Made by a program: the position numbers and the translations under genes. From an uncultured Clostridia bacterium (lineage in GTDB: Bacteria; Bacillota; Clostridia; TANB77; CAG-508), in NCBI GenBank assembly GCA_944388755.1, contig CALXJY010000006.1, positions 1-56,679 of the forward strand: a stretch of 56,679 bases of DNA, in the 5' to 3' direction. The notes beneath the pieces were generated by a model, which was not told the DNA's origin, searched no databases, and worked only from the letters and a program-made list of their open reading frames with translations. This document shows positions 42,258-52,085 of this stretch, piece after piece (position 1 is the stretch's first letter; each line of letters starts with the position of its first letter).

Positions 42258-42510
42258 CAAAAAATCCATTTAATCCTGTTATATAGGACGAAATGGATTT
42301 TATATTCGTGGTACCACCTATTTTTATTAGTATATATTATAACTAACCTCATTACAGCTTTAACGGGCTTACCCGCTTTCTCCTACTTTCATTTTCAGAG
42401 AATGACCAAAAAAGTGAAATTTCAATTAATTATTACAAAATGGCTTCCAGCCTTGACCATTTTCTCTTGTTTGTAATTTTTAATTAATTTACTTTGCTTT
42501 TTTATTGGTT
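42258..42510 (-). ncRNA. T-box riboswitch (Phe)
   Basis: AATAGGTGGTACCACG T-box, stem I AGAGA/GCTG motifs, specifier GAAATTTCAC (UUC), terminator AAAATCCATTT..AAATGGATTTTTT. Confidence 0.93.
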
Positions 42511-42571
42511 TAACTATATTGTTATCTATTTTACCACATAGTCTTTAATTTGGCAATAGATTTTTTAATTT

Positions 42572-45118
42572 TTACGTAACCTCTCTTCTAATTGTTTCAA
42601 TAATGTTTTGATTATTGCTTTTTCTTATAGCATATCTCATAGTTATAAATATAATTGCAAATACAAATATTATGCATATTCCAATGCTTATAAATGGGAT
42701 TTTATACCCACTCTGATATATATTTGCTGTTTGTGTATATATTAAATAAGAAAGCAATATTCCTACAGGTAAACCAAATAGTAGTGCTTTTAATCCATAA
42801 AATAAACTTTCATATCTTATCATTTTCTTAAATTGTTTGTCAGTCATTCCTATAGATTTTAATATTGCAAATTCTCTGTTTCTTAGAGACATATTTGTTG
42901 TTATTGTATTAAATATATTTGTAATTCCTATAATTGATATTACAATTATAAATCCATATAAGAAAATAGATATAACTAATACTATATTATTTTGTGCTTT
43001 TACTTCTGCTTCTATGTTATATATATTGTTTATATTTGACTTGTCTATATCAGAAATTTGTTCTTGTAATTTTTCGGTATTATTAGCCTTTAGATATAAA
43101 TTTCCTACTGTGTAGTCAAATTTTTCTATCATAGCGTCTGAAACAATTAGAGTTGGATATTGTGATGTCTTTAGTAAATCCCCCATTGGTAGTTTATCTG
43201 TTATTTTTATTATTTCTAAATTTCCTGAACCAACTTCTACTTCATAACCTGTATGTAAATCATATTTTTTCTGAATATATGAAATATTGTCTCCTTCATT
43301 AAAATCTGTCATTCTATATTCTACTCTTTTTACCCCATCTTTTCCTTCTTCGTATAAATATTTTATGTTGGTATCATATAATATTGCCTTTTCATTTGCT
43401 TCATCATATGTTAATCCTAATTCTTTTAAATAATTATTATATGCTTCTTCTCCTATTGCATATATGGCTATACTATTTACCATGTTATAACTTTCTAAAT
43501 GTTCTTTTGTTATGTGATTTTTATCTATTTCTAATATAGCACTTTTTTCCAATACGTAATTTTCTATTCCATTAAGATTTGTAATTTTTTCAAAATAATC
43601 TAATCTCTCTTTATTTGTTTGTTTTGATGAACTTACATACATGTTATAATCTCTTTTTACATATTGTGTTGAACTTACATCAAATACATTACTTACTATT
43701 GATTGCATTGATAAAAATAGCACTATACTTAAAAATATTGAAAAGATTGTAGTTCTGTATTTTTTCTTACTCCTTTTAAAATTTTTACTTGCTATTTCTC
43801 CTTCAATTCCAAATAACTTTTTAGTTAATTTTGAAGTATGTAACTTTCTTGATTTAATTTTAATATCATTTGAGCTTCTAATTGCATCAATTGGTGAAAT
43901 TCTGCTTGCTCTTATTGCTGGTTTTATTGCAGATAATATAATCATTATAAAAGATGTTAATATTGCAATACTAATAGGTATTATAGATATTACTAATTTC
44001 AAATTAAAATTATCTATTATTTCTACTCCTCCACTTGTAAGCAAATTATTTACAATAAATAGTACTATTCCTATAGCTAATATTCCAATAATAATTCCGA
44101 GTGGTATACTTATTAATACATAAATTATACTCTCAAATAAAACACTTTTTCTAAGCTGTTTTGTTGTGGCTCCAATACTTGCTAAAATTCCTAATTCTCT
44201 TGTTTTTTCTGTTAAAGAAATATTAAAACTATTTCTTATTACAAATATAGATGTGAACATAATTATAGCAATTACAATACAAGCTAAAAATATTATATAT
44301 TCATTTGTTCTGCTACTTTTAAAAACTCCTAAAAATTGCAACAATGAATCATTTGTTATTACTTTTGAATTATTAAATATTAAATGTTTTTTTAATTCTG
44401 TTTGTACTTCATAAGTGTCTTTTGGTTTTTTTAACAAAATTGTAACATCTATTGGTTTTCCTAAGTCTATATTTTCTAGTTTAGTTATTAATGTATATCC
44501 TGGTGCAGAATATTCCTCAAAATTTGGTCTTTCCATTATCCCTACAATTGTGTATTCTTTTGTTTTTTCAACTTCAATTTTTTCATTTTCTATATTGTAT
44601 GGATTATTTTGACTTAAACTTTCTCCATTAAGTGTGCGTTTTCCTATATCTAATGTTATTTTATCTCCAATTTTCCAATTTTGTCCTCCATTAGTAATTA
44701 CATGTTCAGGAATAATTATTTCATTTTCATTTCTTGGTAAACTACCTTCTTTTAATATTACACCTCTATTTTTTAACGAGGTTTCGTCAAAACTTTCTAT
44801 GTATACATATGGTTTATAATCATTTGCACTATTTTCTAAATTTGCATATCCTATTTCTTGTGATTTAGCTATACTTTTTACTTTATCATTTTGGACTAGT
44901 AAATCTTCGATTTGTTTTTCTGTTGTATTTTTAAAATATATATAATAATTTCCATTTTTCTTTTTTTCTCTTTCAACCATAGCACTTTGAAAGCTTGATA
45001 CAAAAGTTGTTACTGCACATATTAAAGCAACTGAAAGTGCAATTCCTATAATTGTTACTATTGTTCTTTTTTTATTTAATTTTAGATTTTTTATTGTTAT
45101 ATTATTTAAAACTTTCAT
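42572..45118 (-). CDS. ABC transporter permease (FtsX/MacB-like)
   Basis: RTIVTIIGI, ELGILASIGAT, EFAILKSIGMT. Confidence 0.9.
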   Translation of the reverse strand: MKVLNNITIKNLKLNKKRTIVTIIGIALSVALICAVTTFVSSFQSAMVEREKKKNGNYYIYFKNTTEKQIEDLLVQNDKVKSIAKSQEIGYANLENSANDYKPYVYIESFDETSLKNRGVILKEGSLPRNENEIIIPEHVITNGGQNWKIGDKITLDIGKRTLNGESLSQNNPYNIENEKIEVEKTKEYTIVGIMERPNFEEYSAPGYTLITKLENIDLGKPIDVTILLKKPKDTYEVQTELKKHLIFNNSKVITNDSLLQFLGVFKSSRTNEYIIFLACIVIAIIMFTSIFVIRNSFNISLTEKTRELGILASIGATTKQLRKSVLFESIIYVLISIPLGIIIGILAIGIVLFIVNNLLTSGGVEIIDNFNLKLVISIIPISIAILTSFIMIILSAIKPAIRASRISPIDAIRSSNDIKIKSRKLHTSKLTKKLFGIEGEIASKNFKRSKKKYRTTIFSIFLSIVLFLSMQSIVSNVFDVSSTQYVKRDYNMYVSSSKQTNKERLDYFEKITNLNGIENYVLEKSAILEIDKNHITKEHLESYNMVNSIAIYAIGEEAYNNYLKELGLTYDEANEKAILYDTNIKYLYEEGKDGVKRVEYRMTDFNEGDNISYIQKKYDLHTGYEVEVGSGNLEIIKITDKLPMGDLLKTSQYPTLIVSDAMIEKFDYTVGNLYLKANNTEKLQEQISDIDKSNINNIYNIEAEVKAQNNIVLVISIFLYGFIIVISIIGITNIFNTITTNMSLRNREFAILKSIGMTDKQFKKMIRYESLFYGLKALLFGLPVGILLSYLIYTQTANIYQSGYKIPFISIGICIIFVFAIIFITMRYAIRKSNNQNIIETIRREVT

Positions 45119-45141
45119 CTTTAAAAAATTCCTCTCCAATT

Positions 45142-45813
45142 CTAAATTTTACCATCTTGTATAGTAATTATTCTATCTGCTTGTTTTGCTATATTTTCGT
45201 CATGTGTAATTAGTAAAATTGTTTGATTATATTTTTTATTAGAATTTTTTAATAAGTCTATAATTTCTTTTGATGCTTTACTATCTAAATTTCCTGTTGG
45301 TTCATCTGCTAATATTATAGATGGGTTATTAATTAAGGCTCTTCCTATTGCTACTCTTTGTTGTTGTCCTCCTGAAAGTTCATTTGGTAAATGCTCTTTT
45401 CTGTTTTCTAACCCTAGCATTTGTATAATTTCATTTAATCTTTTTTCATCTACTTTTTTACCTTCTAAATCACATGGTAATGTTATGTTTTCCTTTACAT
45501 TTAAAATTGGAATTAAGTTGTAAAATTGATAAATTAGTCCTATTTCGTTTCTTCTGAAAATTGCTATTTCATCTTTTGATAGACTATATATATCTTTTCC
45601 GTTTATATATACCTTTCCACTTGATGGTTTATCTACTCCTCCTATTAGATGTAATAATGTTGATTTTCCACTGCCTGAGGCTCCAACAATTGCAATAAAT
45701 TCTCCTTTGTTTACACTAAAAGATATATTGTCTAATGCTTTTACCTCTGTATCTTTTTTTCCATATGTTTTAGTTAAATTTTCAACTCTTAATATTTCCA
45801 TATTTAATTTCAT
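45142..45813 (-). CDS. ABC transporter ATP-binding protein (LolD/MacB type)
   Basis: GASGSGKS, LSGGQQQRVAI, ADEPTGNLD. Confidence 0.95.
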   Translation of the reverse strand: MKLNMEILRVENLTKTYGKKDTEVKALDNISFSVNKGEFIAIVGASGSGKSTLLHLIGGVDKPSSGKVYINGKDIYSLSKDEIAIFRRNEIGLIYQFYNLIPILNVKENITLPCDLEGKKVDEKRLNEIIQMLGLENRKEHLPNELSGGQQQRVAIGRALINNPSIILADEPTGNLDSKASKEIIDLLKNSNKKYNQTILLITHDENIAKQADRIITIQDGKI

Positions 45814-46177
45814 TCCTTCCTAGAGGCACAAATCTAGTTGGAAAAAATTGTAATTATTTTTCAACCTTCTCTTTCCCCTTTTTATTGTAATTTTTTATAT
45901 TATTTATTATACTAATATATTGATTAATTTACAATAAATTTTTTCTTAATTTTTCGTTAAAATATTATAGCTTACCTATATAACATCAGTTTTTTAAAAG
46001 AGTTATATATTATATTGAATAAATTTGAAGTTTGATTGAAGTTTATTTAGAATTTTTTAGAAAATTTTACGGAAAGTGTTCAATATGAACTATTATAAGA
46101 TATTAAATCTACTAAAAAGTTATTTTTATATTTATAAAGCATATATTTTACTAAGTTTATTTTATTTGGAGGTCATT

Positions 46178-47431
46178 ATGAAATTTTTTAAATCTTCTAT
46201 TTGTTTAATTTTAATCTTAATTTTCTGTCTGATAAATTTAGTACTACCTTTTAATCTAGTATTAGGGTTTGATGATTCATCTTCTTACATATGGTCTAGA
46301 GGTTCTTCTGATTCTATTTTAACAAGTAGTGAAGTTTCTACAGAAAATAATGAAAATTCGCTTAATTTAGAATGTGGTTCTGCAATTTTAATTGAACAAA
46401 AAACCGGTCAAATTTTATACAGTCATAATATACATGAACAACTGCGCCCCGCTTCTGTTACTAAAGTTATGAGTATTTTACTTATTATGGAAGCTATTTC
46501 GAACCAAAAAATTTCCTTAACAGATATGGTTCCTTGTTCTGAAAATGCGAGTTCTATGGGTGGATCACAAATATGGCTTGATCCTAGAGAAACATTATCT
46601 GTTGATGATATGCTAAAAGCTATTTGTGTAAACTCTGCAAATGACTGTGTTGTTGCAATGGCTGAATTTATTGCAGGTTCTGAGGAAGCTTTTGTTCAGA
46701 TGATGAACGATAAAGCAAAAGAACTTGGTATGAATGATACATGTTTTAAAAATTGTCATGGTTTAGATGAAGATGGTCATGTCACTTCTAGTTATGATAT
46801 TGCTTTAATGTCAAGAGAACTTTTAAATAAATATCCTGATGTTACAAAATATACTACAATTTGGATGGATACATTGCGTGATGGAAAGTCTCAACTTTCT
46901 AATACAAATAAATTAATAAAAAATTATAAAGGTGCTACAGGTTTAAAAACTGGTTCCACTTCTCTTGCTTTATATAATTTATCTGCAAGTGCTACTCGTG
47001 ATAATTTATCTTTAATTGCTGTTATTATGAAAGCTCCTTCAACAAAAGTAAGGTTTAATGAGGCTCAAAAATTGTTAGATTATGGTTTTGGTAACTTTAC
47101 TTTTAAAAGCTTTGGAAATAAAGGCGATGTTATTAAAACTATTGATATTAAAAAAGGTTCTAAAAAACAAATCGACATTGTTTTAGAAAATGATAGTGGT
47201 GCTTTAATTGAAAAAGGTAAAGATACTGATATATCTCAAGAAATCGTTCTAAATGAAAATATTTCTGTACCAATTCTTGCTGGTCAAAAATTGGGTGAAG
47301 CTAAATTTGTTATAGATGGAAATGTAATTGCTAGTGTTAATTTAGTTGCCAATAGTGATATAGACAAATTGGGTTTATTCAGTATTTGTAAAACTGTAAT
47401 TTATAAATGGATTGATCTATTGAGAAAATAG
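46178..47431 (+). CDS. D-alanyl-D-alanine carboxypeptidase (DacF-like, S11)
   Basis: PASVTK, MGGSQIWL, SAND, GLKTG; GGAGG RBS before ATG 46178. Confidence 0.92.
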   Translation: MKFFKSSICLILILIFCLINLVLPFNLVLGFDDSSSYIWSRGSSDSILTSSEVSTENNENSLNLECGSAILIEQKTGQILYSHNIHEQLRPASVTKVMSILLIMEAISNQKISLTDMVPCSENASSMGGSQIWLDPRETLSVDDMLKAICVNSANDCVVAMAEFIAGSEEAFVQMMNDKAKELGMNDTCFKNCHGLDEDGHVTSSYDIALMSRELLNKYPDVTKYTTIWMDTLRDGKSQLSNTNKLIKNYKGATGLKTGSTSLALYNLSASATRDNLSLIAVIMKAPSTKVRFNEAQKLLDYGFGNFTFKSFGNKGDVIKTIDIKKGSKKQIDIVLENDSGALIEKGKDTDISQEIVLNENISVPILAGQKLGEAKFVIDGNVIASVNLVANSDIDKLGLFSICKTVIYKWIDLLRK

Positions 47432-47454
47432 CTTTTTGTAAAATTGTGTATTTT

Positions 47455-47553
47455 CTCTATTAGAAAATTAAATATTATTTTATTAATAGATAATAAATAG
47501 GAAAGCCTTAAAATTTACAATATTTTAATCATTTTCTTTGGCTTTCCTATTTT
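47455..47553. repeat. Palindromic intergenic repeat family 2
   Basis: GGAAAGCCTTA..CTTTGGCTTTCC module similar to 17911-17971; TCTATTAGAAAA..TAATAGA module. Confidence 0.65.
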
Positions 47554-47721
47554 TTCAATTTTTTTATTTTATCATAATAACATTTTTCTGTATAATTCTT
47601 GAACATCTTTTCATTTCATGTTATACTTTATGTATATTTAGAAAACTGAGTCTTAATGGATAAAAAATAATATACTTTTTTAGTACTAAAATTTTATGTT
47701 TTGGAAGGAATATGATTAAAT

Positions 47722-48165
47722 ATGAATATAAAATCAATTTGTAAAAACCCTACTGCATATCATAATTATATAATTGAAGATAAATTTGAGGCTGGTATTG
47801 TATTAAGTGGTACAGAAATTAAATCAATACGACAAAATAAGGTTAATTTAAAAGATTCCTATGCCATTATAAGACATGGAGAGGTATATGTAATTGGTAT
47901 GCATATTAGTCCATATGACCATGGAAATATTTTTAATAAAGATCCATTACGTGATAGAAAGTTATTACTGCAAAAACGTGAAATAAACAAATTGGTGGGT
48001 TTAGTTAGTCAAAAAGGATATAGTCTAGTTCCTATTAGTCTATATTTTAAAGGAAGTTTAGTTAAGCTGGAACTTGGTGTTGGTAAAGGTAAAAAACTTT
48101 ATGATAAAAGACAGGATATTATAAAAAGAGATGTAGAAAGACAAATTCGAAGAGACTTTAAATAA
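47722..48165 (+). CDS. smpB: SsrA-binding protein
   Basis: [30 protein letters not shown]. Confidence 0.97.
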   Translation: MNIKSICKNPTAYHNYIIEDKFEAGIVLSGTEIKSIRQNKVNLKDSYAIIRHGEVYVIGMHISPYDHGNIFNKDPLRDRKLLLQKREINKLVGLVSQKGYSLVPISLYFKGSLVKLELGVGKGKKLYDKRQDIIKRDVERQIRRDFK

Positions 48166-48321
48166 TTTTATATAAGGTCTCGGTTTTTCGCATTGTCTTT
48201 TTAGTTATCATACAATACGGTAATAGTAACAAATTTTCTGACATAATTGCTTTTTTTTTCTGTTTTTATTATAATATATATATGATTAGATATAATATAT
48301 AAAAAGAAAGGGTGATTTATA

Positions 48322-49008
48322 ATGGATGATTTTAACAATGAAGTTATTATTGATACTGATTCTCAAAATAAGATTTTTGGTAAAACATTTTTTTGGATGT
48401 TTTTAGGTCTTTTAGGTACAGCTATAATTTCTGCCTACACATATTATTCAGGTTTATGTTTTAATTTGATAGCTGATGGATATTGGGGTGGTATTCTTAT
48501 TTTAGAATTACTTGTTGTTATATTATTTAGTTTATTTTTTAGAAAACTTTCTCCTGTAGCTGTCGGTATTTTGTATTTTTGTTATTCAATGATTAATGGT
48601 GTTACTTTAAGTACTATATTTGCTATTTTTGAATTAAATTCAATTATATATCTATTTATAATCTCTAGTTTGATTTTTGCAGTTTTAGGTTTTATTGGTT
48701 ACAAAACAAATAGAGATTTGAGTAAATTTGGAACTTATTTAACGGTATTTTTAATTGCAGGTCTTATTTTAAGTATAATCAATTTATTTTTTGTAAAGAG
48801 TGCTGGTTTTGATTTGCTTCTTGATTGGGTCATACTTTTAGTTTTTTTTGGAGTTACTGTTTATGATATAAATAAAATTAAAGAATTACAGTTAGATACA
48901 TCATTAAATTCTGATAAAATACACATTTATTGTGCTATGCAATTATATTTAGATTTTATCAATATTTTTATACGTATTTTGTCTATATTTGGAAAAAGGA
49001 GAGATTAA
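48322..49008 (+). CDS. Bax inhibitor-1/YccA family protein
   Basis: Seven hydrophobic segments, YDINKIK, AMQLYLDFINIF. Confidence 0.9.
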   Translation: MDDFNNEVIIDTDSQNKIFGKTFFWMFLGLLGTAIISAYTYYSGLCFNLIADGYWGGILILELLVVILFSLFFRKLSPVAVGILYFCYSMINGVTLSTIFAIFELNSIIYLFIISSLIFAVLGFIGYKTNRDLSKFGTYLTVFLIAGLILSIINLFFVKSAGFDLLLDWVILLVFFGVTVYDINKIKELQLDTSLNSDKIHIYCAMQLYLDFINIFIRILSIFGKRRD

Positions 49009-49033
49009 AAAGGAGGAGTATCCTCCTTTTTAA
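49005..49033. terminator. Bidirectional intrinsic terminator
   Basis: TTAAAAAGGAGGA-gta-TCCTCCTTTTTAA. Confidence 0.75.
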
Positions 49034-49036
49034 TTG

Positions 49037-49216
49037 TATAGGAAAAATCGAAGATTTTGACTATACAACAAGGTTAAGTTACCTTGGGCTGTGCATATTC
49101 GCGAAGCGAAATGCACATGTGTGCATCGAAAGCTTTGCTTTCGCTAACGCACACTTTTCTTATATACAACAAGATTAAGTTTCTTTAGGCTGTGAATATT
49201 TACAAATCACAATGCA
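49037..49216. repeat. REP-like multi-hairpin repeat, copy 2 (with 36-bp insert) plus a degenerate tandem copy
   Basis: Inverted match to 747-837; decayed partial copy at 49163-49216. Confidence 0.93.
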
Positions 49217-49226
49217 TAGTTGTGAC

Positions 49227-49862
49227 TTATTTAATTCCTTTGTTTTTTAATTTTTCTATTAAGTCTTTAACTGCTAAATCTCTATGATTATGTGTTTCTT
49301 CATATGTTTTTTCACTTAAATCACTTAATGGTTTGTTAAATCCATTTGGTATAAATATTGGCTGATATTCTAGTCCACCTAAAGTTCCCATTTTTTTTGC
49401 CACTGTTCCTTTACATTCTCCTCTAGCAACTATGATTTCTCCATTAGGTATAATAGCAGTTAGTACACATACAAATTTGCATTTTCTATCTTCTTCATTT
49501 TCGAATCTTTTCATTTTATTTAATACTTTTTCTAACAGTTGTACTTGTGTAGCATTTTCTCCTGCATATCTAGCTGAATATACTCCAGGTTCCCCATTTA
49601 ATTTTTCTATACATAATCCTGCATCATCTGTTATTATTACTTTATTTAATATATCGTTTTTGTCACAAAATTTTTTTATTGCTACTGCCTTTATCTTTGA
49701 GTTTTCTTCAAATGTTTTTCCATCTTCTATTATTTTTTCAGAGAAACCTATATCTCGTAATGTATATATTTCAGCATTTATATCATTATCTTTTAGGATT
49801 TTCTTCATTGCAATGACTTTGTTTTTATTACTTGTTCCATATATTATTTTCATTTTTCTCAT
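49227..49862 (-). CDS. RdgB/HAM1 family non-canonical purine NTP pyrophosphatase
   Basis: TSNKNK, EDGKTFEENSKIKA, DDAGL..L.GEPGVYSARYAG. Confidence 0.9.
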   Translation of the reverse strand: MRKMKIIYGTSNKNKVIAMKKILKDNDINAEIYTLRDIGFSEKIIEDGKTFEENSKIKAVAIKKFCDKNDILNKVIITDDAGLCIEKLNGEPGVYSARYAGENATQVQLLEKVLNKMKRFENEEDRKCKFVCVLTAIIPNGEIIVARGECKGTVAKKMGTLGGLEYQPIFIPNGFNKPLSDLSEKTYEETHNHRDLAVKDLIEKLKNKGIK

Positions 49863-49962
49863 ATCCTGTACAATCTATTTAGGTTTTTATAAAGGATACC
49901 TATAAACCTATTTATATTTTTTTGAAAATATTTTAAGTGACACTCATTCTGCCTAATTTTAA

Positions 49963-51759
49963 TTACATCTTTTTTGGTGCTTTAAATCCTAGTAAATTAA
50001 TGCCAGTTTCAAATATCCTTTTTAGTAATGTTAATAATGATATATTTGATTCTAGTTTATCTGATTCTCCTTGTAATATTTTTACTTTTTGATAATAACT
50101 ATTAAATATATTTGCAATCTCATACAAATATACGCATATTTTTGATGGTGCATTTTCTAAATAGCTTTCTTCTAAAACTTGGTTAAATTTTGCTATTTTT
50201 AATAAAATCTGTTTTTCTATATCTTCTGTTGGTTCTAATATTTTATTTTCTTTTACACTACTTGTTTCATAAAATTTATTTAAAATTGATTTTATTCTAA
50301 CTAGTGTATATAATATATATGGTCCTGTTTTTCCATCAAAAGATGTAAATTTATCTATGTCAAATATGTAGTCCTTTGATATTTGATTAGATAAGTCAGC
50401 ATATTTTAGAGCTGAAAGTCCAACAATTTCAGAAATCTCTCTTTTTTCTTTTTCTTCTATTTCTTTTGTTTCATTCATTTTTTCATATACTTTTTCATTT
50501 ATTTCTTTTATTAAAGTCTCAAGTCTCATTACACCGCCATTTCTTGTTTTAAATGGTTTTCCATCTTTTCCATTCATTGTTCCAAATCCTAGAAATGTTA
50601 ATTTTGCATCTTCATCAATTATTTTTGATTTTCTTGCACATCTAAATACTTGTATAAAATGAAGTTCCTGTCTTTTATCTACAACATATATAATTTCGTT
50701 TGGGTCAAAATCTATTTGTCTTTGCATTATTGTAGCTAAATCTGTTGTTTGATAACATGATACTCCTCCTGTTTTTAAAACCATACATGGATTTATTTCT
50801 GTTGTATCTGTTGGTTCTTGTACATCTACCACCATTGCCCCATTACTTTCATATAAAATTCCTAATTTTTGCATTTTTTCTACCATTTGTTTGACATATT
50901 TTTGTGAATCACTTTCTCCTAACCATAGATCAAATTCTACATCTAATTTTCTATAGTTTTCTTTCAAATCTTTTACAGATATTTCTACAATTTTCTTCCA
51001 TAAATCATAATATCCTTTTTTCTTTTCTTGCAAATATGCTGTATTTTTTCTTGCATTTTCTTTGAATTCATTTGCTTTTTCTTTTTCTTCTTCTGTTGCA
51101 TTATCACTTACTTTTGTCTTACTACTAGCACATGGATATATTTCTTCTAAATCTGATACTGTAAATAGTGATTCTTTTGGATATTCTCCGTCAAAGTTTT
51201 CATTAAAATATGGCCAATCAGGATGTCTAAATTTTAACTCTTCTATTACTAGACCCATTTGAAGTCCCCAGTCTCCTAAATGTACATCTCCTATTACTTT
51301 GTTATCAAAAAATTTATGAATTCTTTTTATACTTTCTCCTATAATTGCTGGTCTTAAATGTCCAACATGTAATGGTTTTGCTACATTAGGTCCTCCATAG
51401 TCAATCACAACTGTTTTTTCTTTTTCCATGTTGCAACCAAATTTTTCTTCATTTATTATTTGATTACAATAGTTTGTTACAAATTCTTTTGAAACATCTA
51501 TATTTATAAATCCTGGTTTTACTACTTCTATTTTTTCAAATTCTTTATTATTTTTACATTTTTCTACTACTTCTTCTGCTATTATAAATGGTGCTTTTTT
51601 ATATTGTTTTGCTGCCATTAGTGCACCATCACATTGAAATTCACATAAGTCTGGTCTATTTGAATTTATAACTTTTCCATATTCTTTGTTATATCCACAT
51701 TCTTCAAATGCTTTTTCAATTTTTTCTTGTAATATTAAAATAAAATTTTTCAATCTCAT
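49963..51759 (-). CDS. argS: Arginine-tRNA ligase
   Basis: PNVAKPLHVGHLR, HLGDWG.Q.G, FKTRNG, G.TGPYILY. Confidence 0.97.
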   Translation of the reverse strand: MRLKNFILILQEKIEKAFEECGYNKEYGKVINSNRPDLCEFQCDGALMAAKQYKKAPFIIAEEVVEKCKNNKEFEKIEVVKPGFINIDVSKEFVTNYCNQIINEEKFGCNMEKEKTVVIDYGGPNVAKPLHVGHLRPAIIGESIKRIHKFFDNKVIGDVHLGDWGLQMGLVIEELKFRHPDWPYFNENFDGEYPKESLFTVSDLEEIYPCASSKTKVSDNATEEEKEKANEFKENARKNTAYLQEKKKGYYDLWKKIVEISVKDLKENYRKLDVEFDLWLGESDSQKYVKQMVEKMQKLGILYESNGAMVVDVQEPTDTTEINPCMVLKTGGVSCYQTTDLATIMQRQIDFDPNEIIYVVDKRQELHFIQVFRCARKSKIIDEDAKLTFLGFGTMNGKDGKPFKTRNGGVMRLETLIKEINEKVYEKMNETKEIEEKEKREISEIVGLSALKYADLSNQISKDYIFDIDKFTSFDGKTGPYILYTLVRIKSILNKFYETSSVKENKILEPTEDIEKQILLKIAKFNQVLEESYLENAPSKICVYLYEIANIFNSYYQKVKILQGESDKLESNISLLTLLKRIFETGINLLGFKAPKKM

Positions 51760-52085
51760 TCACATTCCTTGCATAGTTTATTTAGGTTTTTTATAAAATA
51801 TTTTTGGAAATTTTAATATCATTTTGAGTTTCCATAATTTTTTACTTTAATTCTATATTAATAAAATTCTTTTATTTATTATACATATTAGAAATGTTAA
51901 TATATTCTTTAAGGTTTTACCTATAAACCTTATTTTTATAATATAAGATTACATGTTGTCATTTCATATTTGTTAGGATATTTTCTTTATTATTTATATC
52001 ATAAAATTGCTGTAAATACAAGTATTTACAGCAATAATCTGAAAGTTCTGAATTTTGAATTTAACAGATACTTGGTGTTTTTTAA

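Noticed and set aside
48166-48321. tmRNA next to smpB
   Set aside because: The gap is too short and has no GGGG..CCACCA termini.
48930-49178. 82-aa ORF
   Set aside because: Overlaps the BI-1 gene end, a terminator and the REP-like repeat; spurious.
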